IMG/VR virus record: IMGVR_UViG_3300001687_000010
Reading direction: 5' to 3' (one strand)
From: a virus
Taxonomy: Duplodnaviria > Heunggongvirae > Uroviricota > Caudoviricetes
DNA length: 64,000 nt
Shown: positions 9,612 to 19,872 of the stretch, in pieces
How positions within the stretch are numbered: the stretch's first letter is position 1
How the letters are laid out: every line of letters starts with the position of its first letter
Translations under genes and position numbers: made by a program
The notes under the pieces: generated by a model
The model's database searches: none
Seen by the model: the letters and a program-made list of their open reading frames with translations, nothing else
Told to the model about the DNA's origin: nothing

Positions 9612-12267
9612 AAATGGAATCTATCATACGTTCTGCCGTAGCCATACTGGTTAACAAATGGTCTTTTCCCATAGGCTGAAGCAGGAACCCTATTTTTTTA
9701 GTAAAAAATTTATCAATCATAGTATCATAATCAATAACCATATACTGGCTAAATTCTTGCGGCCAGCGGTCATTAAAAGTTACAACATCAACCTTAAACA
9801 TATTATCCTTAACATATAAAACTTTTGCTTTATTCCCGTCATATATATCTTCATATTTGTTTGTAAGATTAAGTGCTTCTAAAAGCGTCCGGTAATTATG
9901 CACTCCCCTAACGTGATATGGCGTATGTTTAATTGGGTCATTAACGTCATCTTCATCATCCCTGAATACTCCGTTAAACGCATCGCTTACTTTTGCCGGT
10001 TCTCCGATATATTTATCTATATTGTTTACACTTAAATTGCTTGCTATTTCTTCCGGTGCTACTTCTTTTAATTCTTTTTTATACTGACGAATAGTTTCTA
10101 AAATTTTATCATCCGGTACATTCTTCATAATCATTTCATAAACGTGTTTAAGCCGGGTTCGAATAGCCTCCGCACTATCTGAACGAACCAATTCAAGTCC
10201 CTTAACCGCAAGCTCGTCAGTCGGCACTCCCTCTTCGTTAACAACCCAATACGAGTATTTTTTCTTTTTAACAAAGAGTGCGGTCTTGGCGATAATCTCC
10301 TGCTTAAACATTATGTAAAAATCTTTAACTTGGGAGTTATAATCCTTTAATTGCGTCTCTTCAAAAGTTCGTTTATTTACATAATCTTCCAGTTTGCCTG
10401 AAAATTCTAATATTTTTTCTATTTTTTCATCGTCCGTATAATCAGCCCACCAGTCAAATTGTTTAAAATAATACCCTAATTTTATAAACAGAGAATCAGT
10501 ATCGATATAAGCAACCATATCTTCATCCATCCCCTGCTCTTTAAAAAAGTCGTTAATAAAAACTTCGGCTTGTTTAATTGAATGTCGACCACAAGAGGTA
10601 ATGGCTTCCGCTATATTGGTATTAAAAAATCGACTATAAGGCACTGCGGTGATACCAAACATAGCGTTAAGAATAATCTTTAAAGCCCATTGTAGCGCAA
10701 ATAATTCGTTACCTCTATTCCGTACTTTATCCCTTTCTTCGCCTTCCTGCATATCTGCGGCCTTATTAAAGGTCTGCTTCATTTGAGGCTTGACTTCCTC
10801 AACCCGTTTATTAAATAACTGTCTCTGAACTGCGGCAATAACGCCTAACGGTTTAGTCCTAAAAACAGAACCACATGGGGCTATGGCCAAAAGACCCCGA
10901 CTAACCGCTTCGTTAAATTTAGCAAGGCCAAGACCTCTAAACTCCGCACGTTGCCCGTCCGCCTTAATAATAAAAAATGGCGGAAATTCCCTATCTCGTA
11001 CTGCCGCAATCACTTGTTGTTTTGAAAGGTCTACAATCCGCCCAAAATAGGTTTCATTACTCATGTTTAAGGCTATAATATGGGACGGGTATGAAGATGT
11101 AATATCAATATCTATAATCCAGTCCCACATACCTTTATGCGGTTCTTTAACATAGGCCGCCGGGAATGTTTCCTGCGTACCACCTGCATGATATGGCGCA
11201 CAAAGTCCGGTGCGCCTAAAATAAGTTAATAAAACCCCTTCTATTAATTGCGTCATTGACTGATAATATTTCATAGGGCATTTTGTAAGTAGGGATAAGG
11301 CTTGTATAAGTTTAATATAACCCTTTTTATCCTCTAACTCATCCACCCGCTTACAGTCAATTATATTATAATCAACGTATTTATCCCAGTCTTTTATGTA
11401 TAGTTCTCGTAAATCCTTATACTCTGAATAATCCAGTTTGCCCTTTTCAAGTTCATAGTTGGCTACAAAGTCCAGAGTATATCTCTCTAATTTATCACGG
11501 GCGTACCATTTATAAACATCAATATAATCCAATATATGAATACCGGCTATATCCACGTTTAAATCGTTATATTTGTTAGACCGCCACGTCCTAACGTCCC
11601 CGACTGGCGACATCCTTTTAAAAATACTGGTATTATTGCCATAAAGATTCCGACATCTATTAATAATATACGGCAGGTCAAACCCATAAACGTTCCATCC
11701 GGTAATAACATCCGGGGGATTGTCGTTCATAAACTGTAAAAAGTTTTCAAGCAGTAATTTTTCGTTAGGGCAATGAGAATAATCGGTATCACTATTGCCG
11801 GTATATTTCTTTTCCCCGAAAGTAAATGTCTTTTTATTTATGGAATTTTTTATCGATATTAAACTTATTGGGTCATTTGCCTCAGTTATACTTGGAAATC
11901 CTTCGTTATTAACAACTTCAATATCTATGGTATAGGTAAGCAGTTTAGGTACTTCTAATTCATCGTCAGGGATGTTATGATATCGTTCCGCTAAAAACTG
12001 TATTTCAGGCTTAACTTTGTTCTCAAATATAAATTCGTTATCTTTACAGTATTCGTAATAATGGGAATATGACCTAAAGTCCTTACGGACGACCTGAGTT
12101 CCGTCTATCGTTTTAATATCGGGATATGCGCCACCTGAATGGCCATTTGCCCGTACAAAAACATAAGGAACCCATTCTATCGTATCATAAAAGCGTTCCC
12201 CTTTAATCTGCTCCCATAAATGTATTTTATTTGTTCGGTGTTCGTAGTGTACGTTTATAAAACTCAT
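9604..12267 (-). CDS. family B DNA polymerase with 3'-5' exonuclease (T4 gp43-like)
   Basis: Exo motifs TYTIDIEV and ITGWNVYGFDLPYI are present. Pol motif A DIDITSSYPS, motif B KIILNAMFG and motif C YIDTDS are present. Overall colinear with T4 gp43 as recalled, ending ...IFG. Confidence 0.9.
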   Translation of the reverse strand: MSFINVHYEHRTNKIHLWEQIKGERFYDTIEWVPYVFVRANGHSGGAYPDIKTIDGTQVVRKDFRSYSHYYEYCKDNEFIFENKVKPEIQFLAERYHNIPDDELEVPKLLTYTIDIEVVNNEGFPSITEANDPISLISIKNSINKKTFTFGEKKYTGNSDTDYSHCPNEKLLLENFLQFMNDNPPDVITGWNVYGFDLPYIINRCRNLYGNNTSIFKRMSPVGDVRTWRSNKYNDLNVDIAGIHILDYIDVYKWYARDKLERYTLDFVANYELEKGKLDYSEYKDLRELYIKDWDKYVDYNIIDCKRVDELEDKKGYIKLIQALSLLTKCPMKYYQSMTQLIEGVLLTYFRRTGLCAPYHAGGTQETFPAAYVKEPHKGMWDWIIDIDITSSYPSHIIALNMSNETYFGRIVDLSKQQVIAAVRDREFPPFFIIKADGQRAEFRGLGLAKFNEAVSRGLLAIAPCGSVFRTKPLGVIAAVQRQLFNKRVEEVKPQMKQTFNKAADMQEGEERDKVRNRGNELFALQWALKIILNAMFGITAVPYSRFFNTNIAEAITSCGRHSIKQAEVFINDFFKEQGMDEDMVAYIDTDSLFIKLGYYFKQFDWWADYTDDEKIEKILEFSGKLEDYVNKRTFEETQLKDYNSQVKDFYIMFKQEIIAKTALFVKKKKYSYWVVNEEGVPTDELAVKGLELVRSDSAEAIRTRLKHVYEMIMKNVPDDKILETIRQYKKELKEVAPEEIASNLSVNNIDKYIGEPAKVSDAFNGVFRDDEDDVNDPIKHTPYHVRGVHNYRTLLEALNLTNKYEDIYDGNKAKVLYVKDNMFKVDVVTFNDRWPQEFSQYMVIDYDTMIDKFFTKKIGFLLQPMGKDHLLTSMATAERMIDSIFG

Positions 12268-12387
12268 TCAGCGTCTCGTGCTTCTTCCAATTTTTTAATA
12301 ATATAATCTATATCCGCTTTACTTCTAATGATTATTGTTTGGCTTCCGATAGATGATTGAAAATTACCAAAATACGTTAACTCATAA

Positions 12388-12711
12388 TCACCGTTTTTTC
12401 TTTTTTCTACTTTTGCTCCGCTTGCCTTCATTTTTTGTCCCCTTTTTTGTTTTAAGTTTAGGTTTTGGCATCTGACGTTTTGTACAATTTACTTTATGAA
12501 ACTCATATTTATTGTCAGCCGCTTCTGCATCACGGCCATAAAAATTCATACCACAATGCGGACAAGTTACGCACGTTACTTCCGATATACTATCATAAAC
12601 CGGAATAGCCTTGAATACAAATGGCTCGGTACAGGTGCGTTCCCCTTGTTTAGCAGTACATAAAAAAGCGACTTTAACCTTATCACAACCTTCTTGATTT
12701 GTACACATCAT
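12388..12711 (-). CDS. Cys-rich zinc-binding protein with Lys-rich basic tail
   Basis: Multiple CxxC pairs, and a C-terminus KKGTKNEGKRSKSRKKKKR. Confidence 0.45.
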   Translation of the reverse strand: MMCTNQEGCDKVKVAFLCTAKQGERTCTEPFVFKAIPVYDSISEVTCVTCPHCGMNFYGRDAEAADNKYEFHKVNCTKRQMPKPKLKTKKGTKNEGKRSKSRKKKKR

Positions 12712-13196
12712 ATTTCAAATAACTCGTCATCTAAATGTTTAGTTTTAACCGCTTTTATTTTTGTACGTTTAGGTTTATCAGGCATACCATCGGTTGTCCA
12801 TATATCGTCACTAAAACCTTTTTCGTAAAGTTCCTTTATCATTTTTTGTCGGAGTTCTTCGGCTAAACTTTCCTGAAGGCGGGATAAATTATCCATTTTC
12901 CATCTTTCATATTGCTTAATCTCTTCCGCAGTTCTCGCAATAGCAGTGCCTGTTATTGCCCCTGATGCGGCAACTGAACCCATCGCAAGCCGTCTTTCTT
13001 CTAACTCCATATCATCAATCATTTTACCGATTCGAGCCATATAATCGGTATCATTTGCCGCTTTAATTTGTTCCGCTTGTCTTTTTTCTAAATGTTTTCC
13101 GAATTTATGCATCCGGTCTAACCATTCACTATCTTCTACGCTCACGTGGTTCTCTCCTTTGTGGTTCTGGCGCACGTTCCCGATATCCATCGGCAT
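12708..13196 (-). CDS. hypothetical protein (true start may be an internal Met at about 13190 or 13112)
   Basis: The longest ORF overlaps the helicase 3' end. The internal ATG at about 13190 has an AAGGGA SD 5 nt upstream. Confidence 0.35.
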   Translation of the reverse strand: MPMDIGNVRQNHKGENHVSVEDSEWLDRMHKFGKHLEKRQAEQIKAANDTDYMARIGKMIDDMELEERRLAMGSVAASGAITGTAIARTAEEIKQYERWKMDNLSRLQESLAEELRQKMIKELYEKGFSDDIWTTDGMPDKPKRTKIKAVKTKHLDDELFEI

Positions 13197-14499
13197 CCCT
13201 TATCCATAATTCCATTTCTGTTTCGTCATATATTTTTAGGGAACGGTCATCGTAATACCATTTCCATATATCTCCGACTCGGCCGCCTAACCTATTCTTT
13301 AATATTTTATTATGCAACTCATGCTGATATATCCAGTCGTCAGCATTTGTTCCTATCACGCTCATAAAATCAGCCGTAGCCGGTACGCCTAAACTCTCCG
13401 CTATATAATTAAAATCGACTTCTTCAAATCCGGCAAATCCACCTTCCCTATTTAATTGACTAACCGATACCACAGGAGTTGCAAATTCAAAACTTAAAGC
13501 CCGAAGTTCTTCGGCAACCGCTTTAACCGATTGATAAAGGTCATTAACCTTTTTGAAAGCCGAGCGCATTAGGTTTATATAATCAACGTATATAACATCA
13601 ATACGAATATCTCTTAAAACCAGCTCCCGTAAATACGTCCTAAAATCCCGTACTGACGCCGACCCCGTTGGATACTGCTTAATATGTAATTCGCCACGAC
13701 CTTCGGTTTCTTTAATCGTTTTTAAAGCGTTTTTTAATCGGATACGGTTATCCCCGAAATACATACGGTTTATATCGAGCTTACTAAATATAGCGTCAAA
13801 CCGTTGAGCAAACATATCCTCGGACATTTCAAGGGTAATTAACACCACGTTTTTACCGTGGAGCACTTGTCTGGCCGCCCAGTTTGCCATTAAACCCGAT
13901 TTGAAACCGTGTATTTTAGCCACTATCACCGATAGCGTCATCGGCGGAAAGCCGCCATTAATGAGTTCGTCAAAGGTCGGAAAATATGTGGGTAAACGGA
14001 TATCCGTAACCGTGAACATTTTCCGAAGACGCTTCCCCAGTTCGGCAAAATACATTAAGCCGAGGTCTACTTTTAAATCCTTACAGAGAGCATCCTCTAT
14101 TTTTTCACGGAGATGTTCCAGATTCCTGCCGGAGTCGATAATATCAATCGACTGCGTCATAGCGTGTTTTATGGCTTTATCTTTTAAATATTCGTTTGTT
14201 TGGTTTAAAAGATAACCGCTTTGCTCCGCTATATTAAAATCCAGAGCATTGATTTCGTTTAAATACTCACTTACTTCAGGTTCGTTAATGGTATTTTTTA
14301 TTATATCTTGAGAAGGTAAAGTATTAAACTCGTCAAGATGCTCTGCTGAAGTCTTAAAAATTTTAGCGGCTGAGTCGCTATTAAAATATTCCGGTATAAA
14401 AGCGTTGGTTACTAAAACTAAAAACGCTTTATCGGTTAAAATCCCCTTTGTTATTATTTTTTCTATAAAATTGTCGTCCGGTCTCCCTTCGTTAACCAA
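13129..14499 (-). CDS. DnaB-family replicative helicase (T4 gp41-like)
   Basis: DnaB C-terminal motifs: VLITLEMS (H1a), VIYVDYINLM (Walker B-like) and VSVSQLNRE (H3). Apparent TTG start with a GGGAGG SD. Confidence 0.75.
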   Translation of the reverse strand: MVNEGRPDDNFIEKIITKGILTDKAFLVLVTNAFIPEYFNSDSAAKIFKTSAEHLDEFNTLPSQDIIKNTINEPEVSEYLNEINALDFNIAEQSGYLLNQTNEYLKDKAIKHAMTQSIDIIDSGRNLEHLREKIEDALCKDLKVDLGLMYFAELGKRLRKMFTVTDIRLPTYFPTFDELINGGFPPMTLSVIVAKIHGFKSGLMANWAARQVLHGKNVVLITLEMSEDMFAQRFDAIFSKLDINRMYFGDNRIRLKNALKTIKETEGRGELHIKQYPTGSASVRDFRTYLRELVLRDIRIDVIYVDYINLMRSAFKKVNDLYQSVKAVAEELRALSFEFATPVVSVSQLNREGGFAGFEEVDFNYIAESLGVPATADFMSVIGTNADDWIYQHELHNKILKNRLGGRVGDIWKWYYDDRSLKIYDETEMELWIRDADGYRERAPEPQRREPRERRR

Positions 14500-14514
14500 A
14501 AAGCCTCCCTAACC

Positions 14515-14817
14515 TTACCTCCAGATACTCCTTTTATGAATCCAAACTTGCTCTGCGTTGGTACGGTTTTTAATATTTCTTATCCAGTTATCACGAGTTA
14601 TGACCCCGTAATTACAGCATACGTTATCTATATATTTTTTTATCGGCACAAAATTCTCGGGATGATAGACATCTTGTTTACACCATATATCCTTATAAAC
14701 AGTGAATTGTGCGGATTGATTTACAAAAATAATACCGGGTGCTCGTAATAAACCGGCCATAAAATGTCCAGTATTATCCTTAACCACCACATATAATTTG
14801 AGATTTTGGCCATCCAT
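14515..14817 (-). CDS. hypothetical protein (start taken at MDGQ..., internal to the longest ORF)
   Basis: AAGGAAGG SD 8 nt upstream of this ATG. Confidence 0.4.
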   Translation of the reverse strand: MDGQNLKLYVVVKDNTGHFMAGLLRAPGIIFVNQSAQFTVYKDIWCKQDVYHPENFVPIKKYIDNVCCNYGVITRDNWIRNIKNRTNAEQVWIHKRSIWR

Positions 14818-14885
14818 AGCATTTTTTCCTTCCTTTTCATATAAATATATACAGCAATTATACCCTAAAATCGGCAAGTTGTAAA

Positions 14886-14914
14886 TTTACAATAGGCACT
14901 TTTTGTGCTAAAAT
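14886..14914 (+). promoter_or_regulatory. sigma70-like promoter TTTACA-N17-TGcTAAAAT upstream of the uvsY-like gene
   Basis: Read directly from the sequence. The -10 element sits about 10 nt before the ATG at 14924. Coordinates approximate. Confidence 0.5.
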
Positions 14915-14923
14915 GGATAAAAA

Positions 14924-15334
14924 ATGACGAATGACGAAGAATTAGCAAAACTGCACGAAGAATATCCCATAGAGGATATGGTAAAATTTACGGAACTTAA
15001 CTTACAGGAAAAACTGCAAGATAACCCCTATCAAATAGTTCGTTTCCGGGATTTATACCACAAAGAATTATCGGAACTTGACCGCTTAAATGACCTTCAT
15101 GAAAAATTGGTCGGAAAACGATATGAGTATTACCGTTTTAAGGACGACCACGAGTGGACCAAACCCGAAATAGAGAAGTACGCCTTACCAAAGGATGAGA
15201 AAATAGTCCGCATGAAAAAGATTATTAGGCGACAAGAAGTACGGGTTCGCTTCTTTGAGATGTGCTTCCGGGCGTTTGAAAAACAGGGTTGGTCGATGAA
15301 AGGTTTTATTGATACGATTAAAGGGGGATATTAA
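14924..15334 (+). CDS. UvsY-like recombination mediator (tentative)
   Basis: 136 aa. Weak colinear similarity to T4 UvsY (137 aa) from memory. Lies adjacent to a clear UvsW homolog, as in T4. Confidence 0.45.
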   Translation: MTNDEELAKLHEEYPIEDMVKFTELNLQEKLQDNPYQIVRFRDLYHKELSELDRLNDLHEKLVGKRYEYYRFKDDHEWTKPEIEKYALPKDEKIVRMKKIIRRQEVRVRFFEMCFRAFEKQGWSMKGFIDTIKGGY

Positions 15335-16792
15335 TTGGTAACGATTAAGGTTTATAACTCCTTAAATCTAAAAGTTGATACCGATGACGCAGATTATATG
15401 GATTTAATGCGTCAGGAATTTACCCGCCGAGTACCGAATTTCCAGTTTACGGCCGCTTATAAATCCGGCCATTGGTCGGGTTCGGTCTGCTTAATTGATA
15501 GGTGGAAAAATACCTTTCCTTACGGGTTATTAATGGATTATGTACGGGAGCATAAACGCAGTTTTCCCCGTATGCCGATTAAAGTGGAACCAGCGGTTAA
15601 GGAAATATTCCGGGGACCGGAATTCGAGATTATATACGACCTACCAACCCATAAAGTTAGACCATATCAAGACGATTGCATTCGTGCCTGCATAAAATAT
15701 ACCAAAGGTATTATTCGTTGTGCGACTGCATCCGGTAAATCGCTTGTTATCGCTTACGTTATCCGCAATCTATTAAGGGCAGATATTATACAAAAGAGTA
15801 TAATAATTGTACCCAGTACAGGCTTAATAACACAGTTTTATCAAGACCTCGTGGATTATGGCTTTGATAGTAAAAAAATTGGTACGGCATTCGCCAGACG
15901 CAAGCAATGGGATAAACAAATCGTTATATCTACATGGCAGACCCTTGCTAAAAATCCCGAAAAATTAAACGAATTTGACTGTATTTTCTGTGATGAGACT
16001 CACGGGGCTAAAGCCCATGAGCTAAAAAAACTATTGGAAAACGCCACTAAAGCGAAATATAGATTAGGTTTTACGGGTACGCTACACGCAGGAACTCTGG
16101 ATAATTGGAATACAAAATCCTATTTAGGGCCGGTAATACGGGAATATCCGGCCGGTCTATTAGCAGATGAGGGATGGATTAGTAAAGCAACAATCCATAT
16201 GCTTAATATAGAGTATCATCAAGATACTTGGGATGGGGAATACCATGATATTAGGGACGCTATATTCCAGAATCCATACCGTTTAGACCTGATTAAGGAA
16301 TTAACCGAATATTTAGACCATAATGTCCTAATATTGGTCGATAAGGTGGAAAAAGAAGGCGAGCTGTTAGAAGGGCTTCTGGGTACCGGCAAAAAGGAAG
16401 TGGTGTTTCTATCTGGCCGAGATGATGTTAAAGTGCGGGAGGAGTGGAGAAAGGCCGCAATGAGGCGCAAAGATATAGCCCTGATAGCCACATATGGCAT
16501 ATTTCAGCAAGGAATTAACATCCCTAACCTAAAGTATATAATCTTGGCGGCACCGTTTAAGGCTAAAATAAGGGTACTTCAGTCGATTGGAAGGGCATTA
16601 CGGATTCACTCGGACAAGAAAGACGGGGCGCAGATTTTTGATATCCATGACCATACTAAATTTTTTGAAAAGTACGGGGATATCCGTCTGCGCTATTATG
16701 ACCAAGAGAAGTTTGATATTAAGGAACACGTCTTTTATGAGGGTGAGTCTTTTGATTTTAAAAAGGTTTATTCTATTTCTTCATCGATTTGA
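15335..16792 (+). CDS. uvsW: UvsW-like SF2 DNA/RNA helicase
   Basis: Walker A ATASGKSLV, IIIVPSTGL, VISTWQTL, DExH-like CDETHG, TGTL, and a C-terminal ATYGIFQQGINIPNLKYIILA...LQSIGRALRIH. Near-colinear with T4 UvsW from memory. Confidence 0.8.
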   Translation: MVTIKVYNSLNLKVDTDDADYMDLMRQEFTRRVPNFQFTAAYKSGHWSGSVCLIDRWKNTFPYGLLMDYVREHKRSFPRMPIKVEPAVKEIFRGPEFEIIYDLPTHKVRPYQDDCIRACIKYTKGIIRCATASGKSLVIAYVIRNLLRADIIQKSIIIVPSTGLITQFYQDLVDYGFDSKKIGTAFARRKQWDKQIVISTWQTLAKNPEKLNEFDCIFCDETHGAKAHELKKLLENATKAKYRLGFTGTLHAGTLDNWNTKSYLGPVIREYPAGLLADEGWISKATIHMLNIEYHQDTWDGEYHDIRDAIFQNPYRLDLIKELTEYLDHNVLILVDKVEKEGELLEGLLGTGKKEVVFLSGRDDVKVREEWRKAAMRRKDIALIATYGIFQQGINIPNLKYIILAAPFKAKIRVLQSIGRALRIHSDKKDGAQIFDIHDHTKFFEKYGDIRLRYYDQEKFDIKEHVFYEGESFDFKKVYSISSSI

Positions 16793-16946
16793 TACTAATA
16801 ATTCTTTCCCCGGATTTTAATTGTTCTTCGGCTTCAACTTCAGCATGAGATTCACTGGATGCCATAACCGTGATTTTTCGTTTATTTGTTTTAATGACCC
16901 ATATATCAGGGAACATTCCTTCACATAAATAATCTTTGAATCTCAT
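16773..16946 (-). CDS. leader-family small protein (MRFKDYLCE), starting at the internal Met of the longer ORF
   Basis: N-terminal motif MRFKDYLCE. Confidence 0.45.
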   Translation of the reverse strand: MRFKDYLCEGMFPDIWVIKTNKRKITVMASSESHAEVEAEEQLKSGERIISIKSMKK

Positions 16947-17161
16947 CCTACCCATTTTCCTTTTGGTTTTTGTACCGGAGTATTAATTATTTTTTCAATC
17001 CGAGCAACTACGCTTTGAGTATTACTGGCTAAAGCATCAATCGCAGTTCTATTATCCGTTGTTCTTTTTGCTGTGGCCGCTGTGCGTTGCTCGACTGCCT
17101 TTAAACGGTCTATAATTTTTTTTAAGAGTTGTAAAGTGCGTTGGTCTTGTTCTTCGTTCAT
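16943..17161 (-). CDS. small coiled-coil protein
   Basis: 72-aa ORF. Confidence 0.35.
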   Translation of the reverse strand: MNEEQDQRTLQLLKKIIDRLKAVEQRTAATAKRTTDNRTAIDALASNTQSVVARIEKIINTPVQKPKGKWVG

Positions 17162-17670
17162 TTAACCGTCCCAAGAACTTTATTTAAAACTTTTTTATAT
17201 ATAGGAACTACATTGATTGTATGCATTTTTAAAGCCTTTTTAATTGCTTTTAAAATTATAGGTGTTACATAAATCGAACGCCTTTTTAATAAATCCATAA
17301 ATTCTATATGATGACCGAGTTCCTTGTCCTCAAGTTCACCGAGTGCGCCCCAGAAAGCCATTACTTCATCTTCCGGTAATTTAATTTGACCAAGTATTGT
17401 TCTTGGATTCTGTGACCCCTCGATAACCAATACAACTTCATTCTTTTTATTTAAGTGCTTATATTTTTTGCCTTGGTCATCCAAAGCATCCACTAAATTC
17501 ATAATAACCTCATCGGCTTCAGCCGGTACAGTTATTTTATTATTAGCGGCCTTAACTGTATATCCGCCTATTTTAATTGTATCATACGGATTTTGAACGA
17601 GATTTAGAAGTGCTCTTTTTTCTCGGCTTGTTAGCCTTTCCTCGTTTAGTAAGTACTCTCTCAGCTTCAT
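17158..17670 (-). CDS. leader-family protein (MKLREYLLNE)
   Basis: Start moved to an internal ATG preceded by a GAGGAGAG SD. N-terminal motif present. Confidence 0.5.
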   Translation of the reverse strand: MKLREYLLNEERLTSREKRALLNLVQNPYDTIKIGGYTVKAANNKITVPAEADEVIMNLVDALDDQGKKYKHLNKKNEVVLVIEGSQNPRTILGQIKLPEDEVMAFWGALGELEDKELGHHIEFMDLLKRRSIYVTPIILKAIKKALKMHTINVVPIYKKVLNKVLGTVK

Positions 17671-18088
17671 TGTTATTTCTCTCCTCATAATCCGCAACCC
17701 ACCATATGTTTTCTAAAATTCGGATTATGTTATGAATCTCCTCTTCAATTTCATTTTCATTTATATACCGTTGTCTCGCTAAAGAGTTTATACGGCTTAA
17801 AAACAGTTCAGTGGCTTCGTGAAAAGCCACTTTTCGTATTTCAAAATCATTAGGTGGAATTCCTGACCATGTTTTGCTTAATGTTACAAGGGCTAAACGG
17901 GCTTCTTTATCGGTGCTAACCGAAGCTCTTGCGTCCTCAACATCCCCATGTATGTAATGAAACTCCCATCCTTTAACGCCATAATGGTGAATCCAATTAA
18001 TAAATTCTTCTCTAAAAACATCAAACCATTTTTCACTTACATCATATTCAGTCTTCAGTATCTCGTCAATGGTTTTTTCTTCTTCCAC
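17582..18088 (-). CDS. hypothetical protein with basic C-terminal tail
   Basis: 168-aa ORF. Overlaps the downstream gene by 89 nt. Confidence 0.35.
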   Translation of the reverse strand: MEEEKTIDEILKTEYDVSEKWFDVFREEFINWIHHYGVKGWEFHYIHGDVEDARASVSTDKEARLALVTLSKTWSGIPPNDFEIRKVAFHEATELFLSRINSLARQRYINENEIEEEIHNIIRILENIWWVADYEERNNNEAERVLTKRGKANKPRKKSTSKSRSKSV

Positions 18089-18162
18089 AAGCAGTTGTCT
18101 CCTTACTATTATTTATTTATATCTGGTAAAAATAAATATAAATAGATTATGATAATTATAAG

Positions 18163-18600
18163 TTGGACAACTATATGAGTAAAGACGTATTTTTATGGAG
18201 AATGGCACGGCATGACCAAGGAACTGAAGGTTTTTTATTTACCGCAGGTTTTGATTGTCGGTCTTTAGAATTGCCGTGGAGAGATAATCAACGAAGTATA
18301 TCTTGTATCCCTCCCGGCTCTTATAATGTCGAAATTCGACTCTCACCGAAATATGGTCGTATATATTGGGTACGAAATGTACCAAATCGTAGCTATATTC
18401 TGATACATTCTGGCAATTTTGCAGGCGACACGAAAAAAGGCTTTAAAACTCACGTAAATGGTTGCATTTTGCTTGGACGTAAAATGGGCTATTTAAGTGA
18501 CCAACGTGCGGTGTTAAATTCCAGAATTACGGTCAGAGCTTTTATGGAACATATGGCCGATGAACCGTTTATGTTTCATATTATGGAGGCTTTTGGATAA
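18163..18600 (+). CDS. YkuD / L,D-transpeptidase-like catalytic-domain protein (tentative)
   Basis: The motif ILIHSGNFAG...KTHVNGCILLG resembles the LDT catalytic H..S/T-H-x-x-GC motif. Confidence 0.4.
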   Translation: MDNYMSKDVFLWRMARHDQGTEGFLFTAGFDCRSLELPWRDNQRSISCIPPGSYNVEIRLSPKYGRIYWVRNVPNRSYILIHSGNFAGDTKKGFKTHVNGCILLGRKMGYLSDQRAVLNSRITVRAFMEHMADEPFMFHIMEAFG

Positions 18601-19064
18601 TGAGTAGTTTTTTAGGAGCAGGGTTTAATTTTAATTTGAAATCTGGTGGATTAAGTGTACCAACATGGGTTGAATATTTTGATAATACAGTTTGGGTTGC
18701 TGATGGCCCTGATAATGATGGCTCATGGGATGCAGCGAATAATGAATGGGATTCTGGCCATGAACCAAAAGATGATAATGTGATTTATTTAAGTCCGTTA
18801 GGTGGCTGGGAGGTTAATTTCCGCCCATCAAAAATACGAGTTACCCATAGTAGAGGAAATGACTCGGATGCTTTTATTTACCTTAGAGGAACGAATGGTG
18901 GTATTATAGTAAGACAAGGTGCTTCTTTTGGAGGTACTTTTTATTCAGGTCAGGAAATTGACTTAACATGGAGTGGTTTTGATATATTATATTTGATAAT
19001 GAATATAACATCCGGCGGTGAAATTTCTTGGTCAGTAACTAATATCGAATTTTTAATAGGATAA
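18600..19064 (+). CDS. hypothetical protein
   Basis: 154-aa ORF, translationally coupled to its neighbours. Confidence 0.4.
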   Translation: MSSFLGAGFNFNLKSGGLSVPTWVEYFDNTVWVADGPDNDGSWDAANNEWDSGHEPKDDNVIYLSPLGGWEVNFRPSKIRVTHSRGNDSDAFIYLRGTNGGIIVRQGASFGGTFYSGQEIDLTWSGFDILYLIMNITSGGEISWSVTNIEFLIG

Positions 19065-19065
19065 A

Positions 19066-19530
19066 ATGGAAAAAATAACAAAACTCAATAATTACGTTGA
19101 TTTGGTTCATAGAGTTCAAGAATTGGGTGAATCAACAGGATTTATAGTACATCTTGATAGAGTAAAAAATGAAAAAGATTATAAAGAAGCATTTTCATAT
19201 GAAGATGGTACATTGATTTCATTTTCTAAATATTGTAAAGATTATAAGGATAAAATTTATATTTTCAAATATTTCAGAGTTTATGAGCAAAATAAAATGA
19301 AAGGTTTAGAGTTAATGAAATCCCACCATGATTATTTTTTTAATCAAGGTGTTCGTTATCTAATTGCTCGTGTTTCGCCTTTGTATGAAAATAGAGAAGA
19401 TTATAAAAACAAAACAAAGGTCAAAACAGATACAGAAACTTTGATAAATCATTATATAGAAAATTATACATATAGAGGGAATTATGTTTGTATGAAAAAT
19501 ACTAATATAATTGTAAAGGAGATGAAATAA
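19066..19530 (+). CDS. hypothetical protein (K/Y-rich)
   Basis: 154-aa ORF. Confidence 0.4.
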   Translation: MEKITKLNNYVDLVHRVQELGESTGFIVHLDRVKNEKDYKEAFSYEDGTLISFSKYCKDYKDKIYIFKYFRVYEQNKMKGLELMKSHHDYFFNQGVRYLIARVSPLYENREDYKNKTKVKTDTETLINHYIENYTYRGNYVCMKNTNIIVKEMK

Positions 19531-19856
19531 TGGCTTTAAGAAATTTATGGTCGGAATCAACCGCAGGACAACCAAAATCCCACGTTATTAACGTGCCGAC
19601 AGGAAGTAAAATCGCATATTTTGATTCATTAACAGTCTCAACTCATGGGGCTGACGTAGCGGCCGATGTCGGGATTACTATTGTAAACAATGGTCGGACA
19701 AAATGGGGAGCATGGTTGCGTAGCGCACAAATCTATGGTGCACATTTTAGCGACATAGGTGATATAGAATTAACAAGTAATGATTTAACAGTTGAAACAA
19801 CTTCAGGCGGAGCTGGCGTTATTGTATCCGTTGCCGCAGTTGTTAACATAAGATAA
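19530..19856 (+). CDS. hypothetical protein
   Basis: 108-aa ORF. Confidence 0.4.
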   Translation: MALRNLWSESTAGQPKSHVINVPTGSKIAYFDSLTVSTHGADVAADVGITIVNNGRTKWGAWLRSAQIYGAHFSDIGDIELTSNDLTVETTSGGAGVIVSVAAVVNIR

Positions 19857-19872
19857 TAAGTAGGAGGAAGAA

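Noticed and set aside
17582-17697. Longer start (MRIMRREIT...) for the gene at 17158
   Set aside because: The upstream ATGs lie inside the GAGGAGAG Shine-Dalgarno. The internal ATG gives the family-typical MKLREYLLNE N-terminus.
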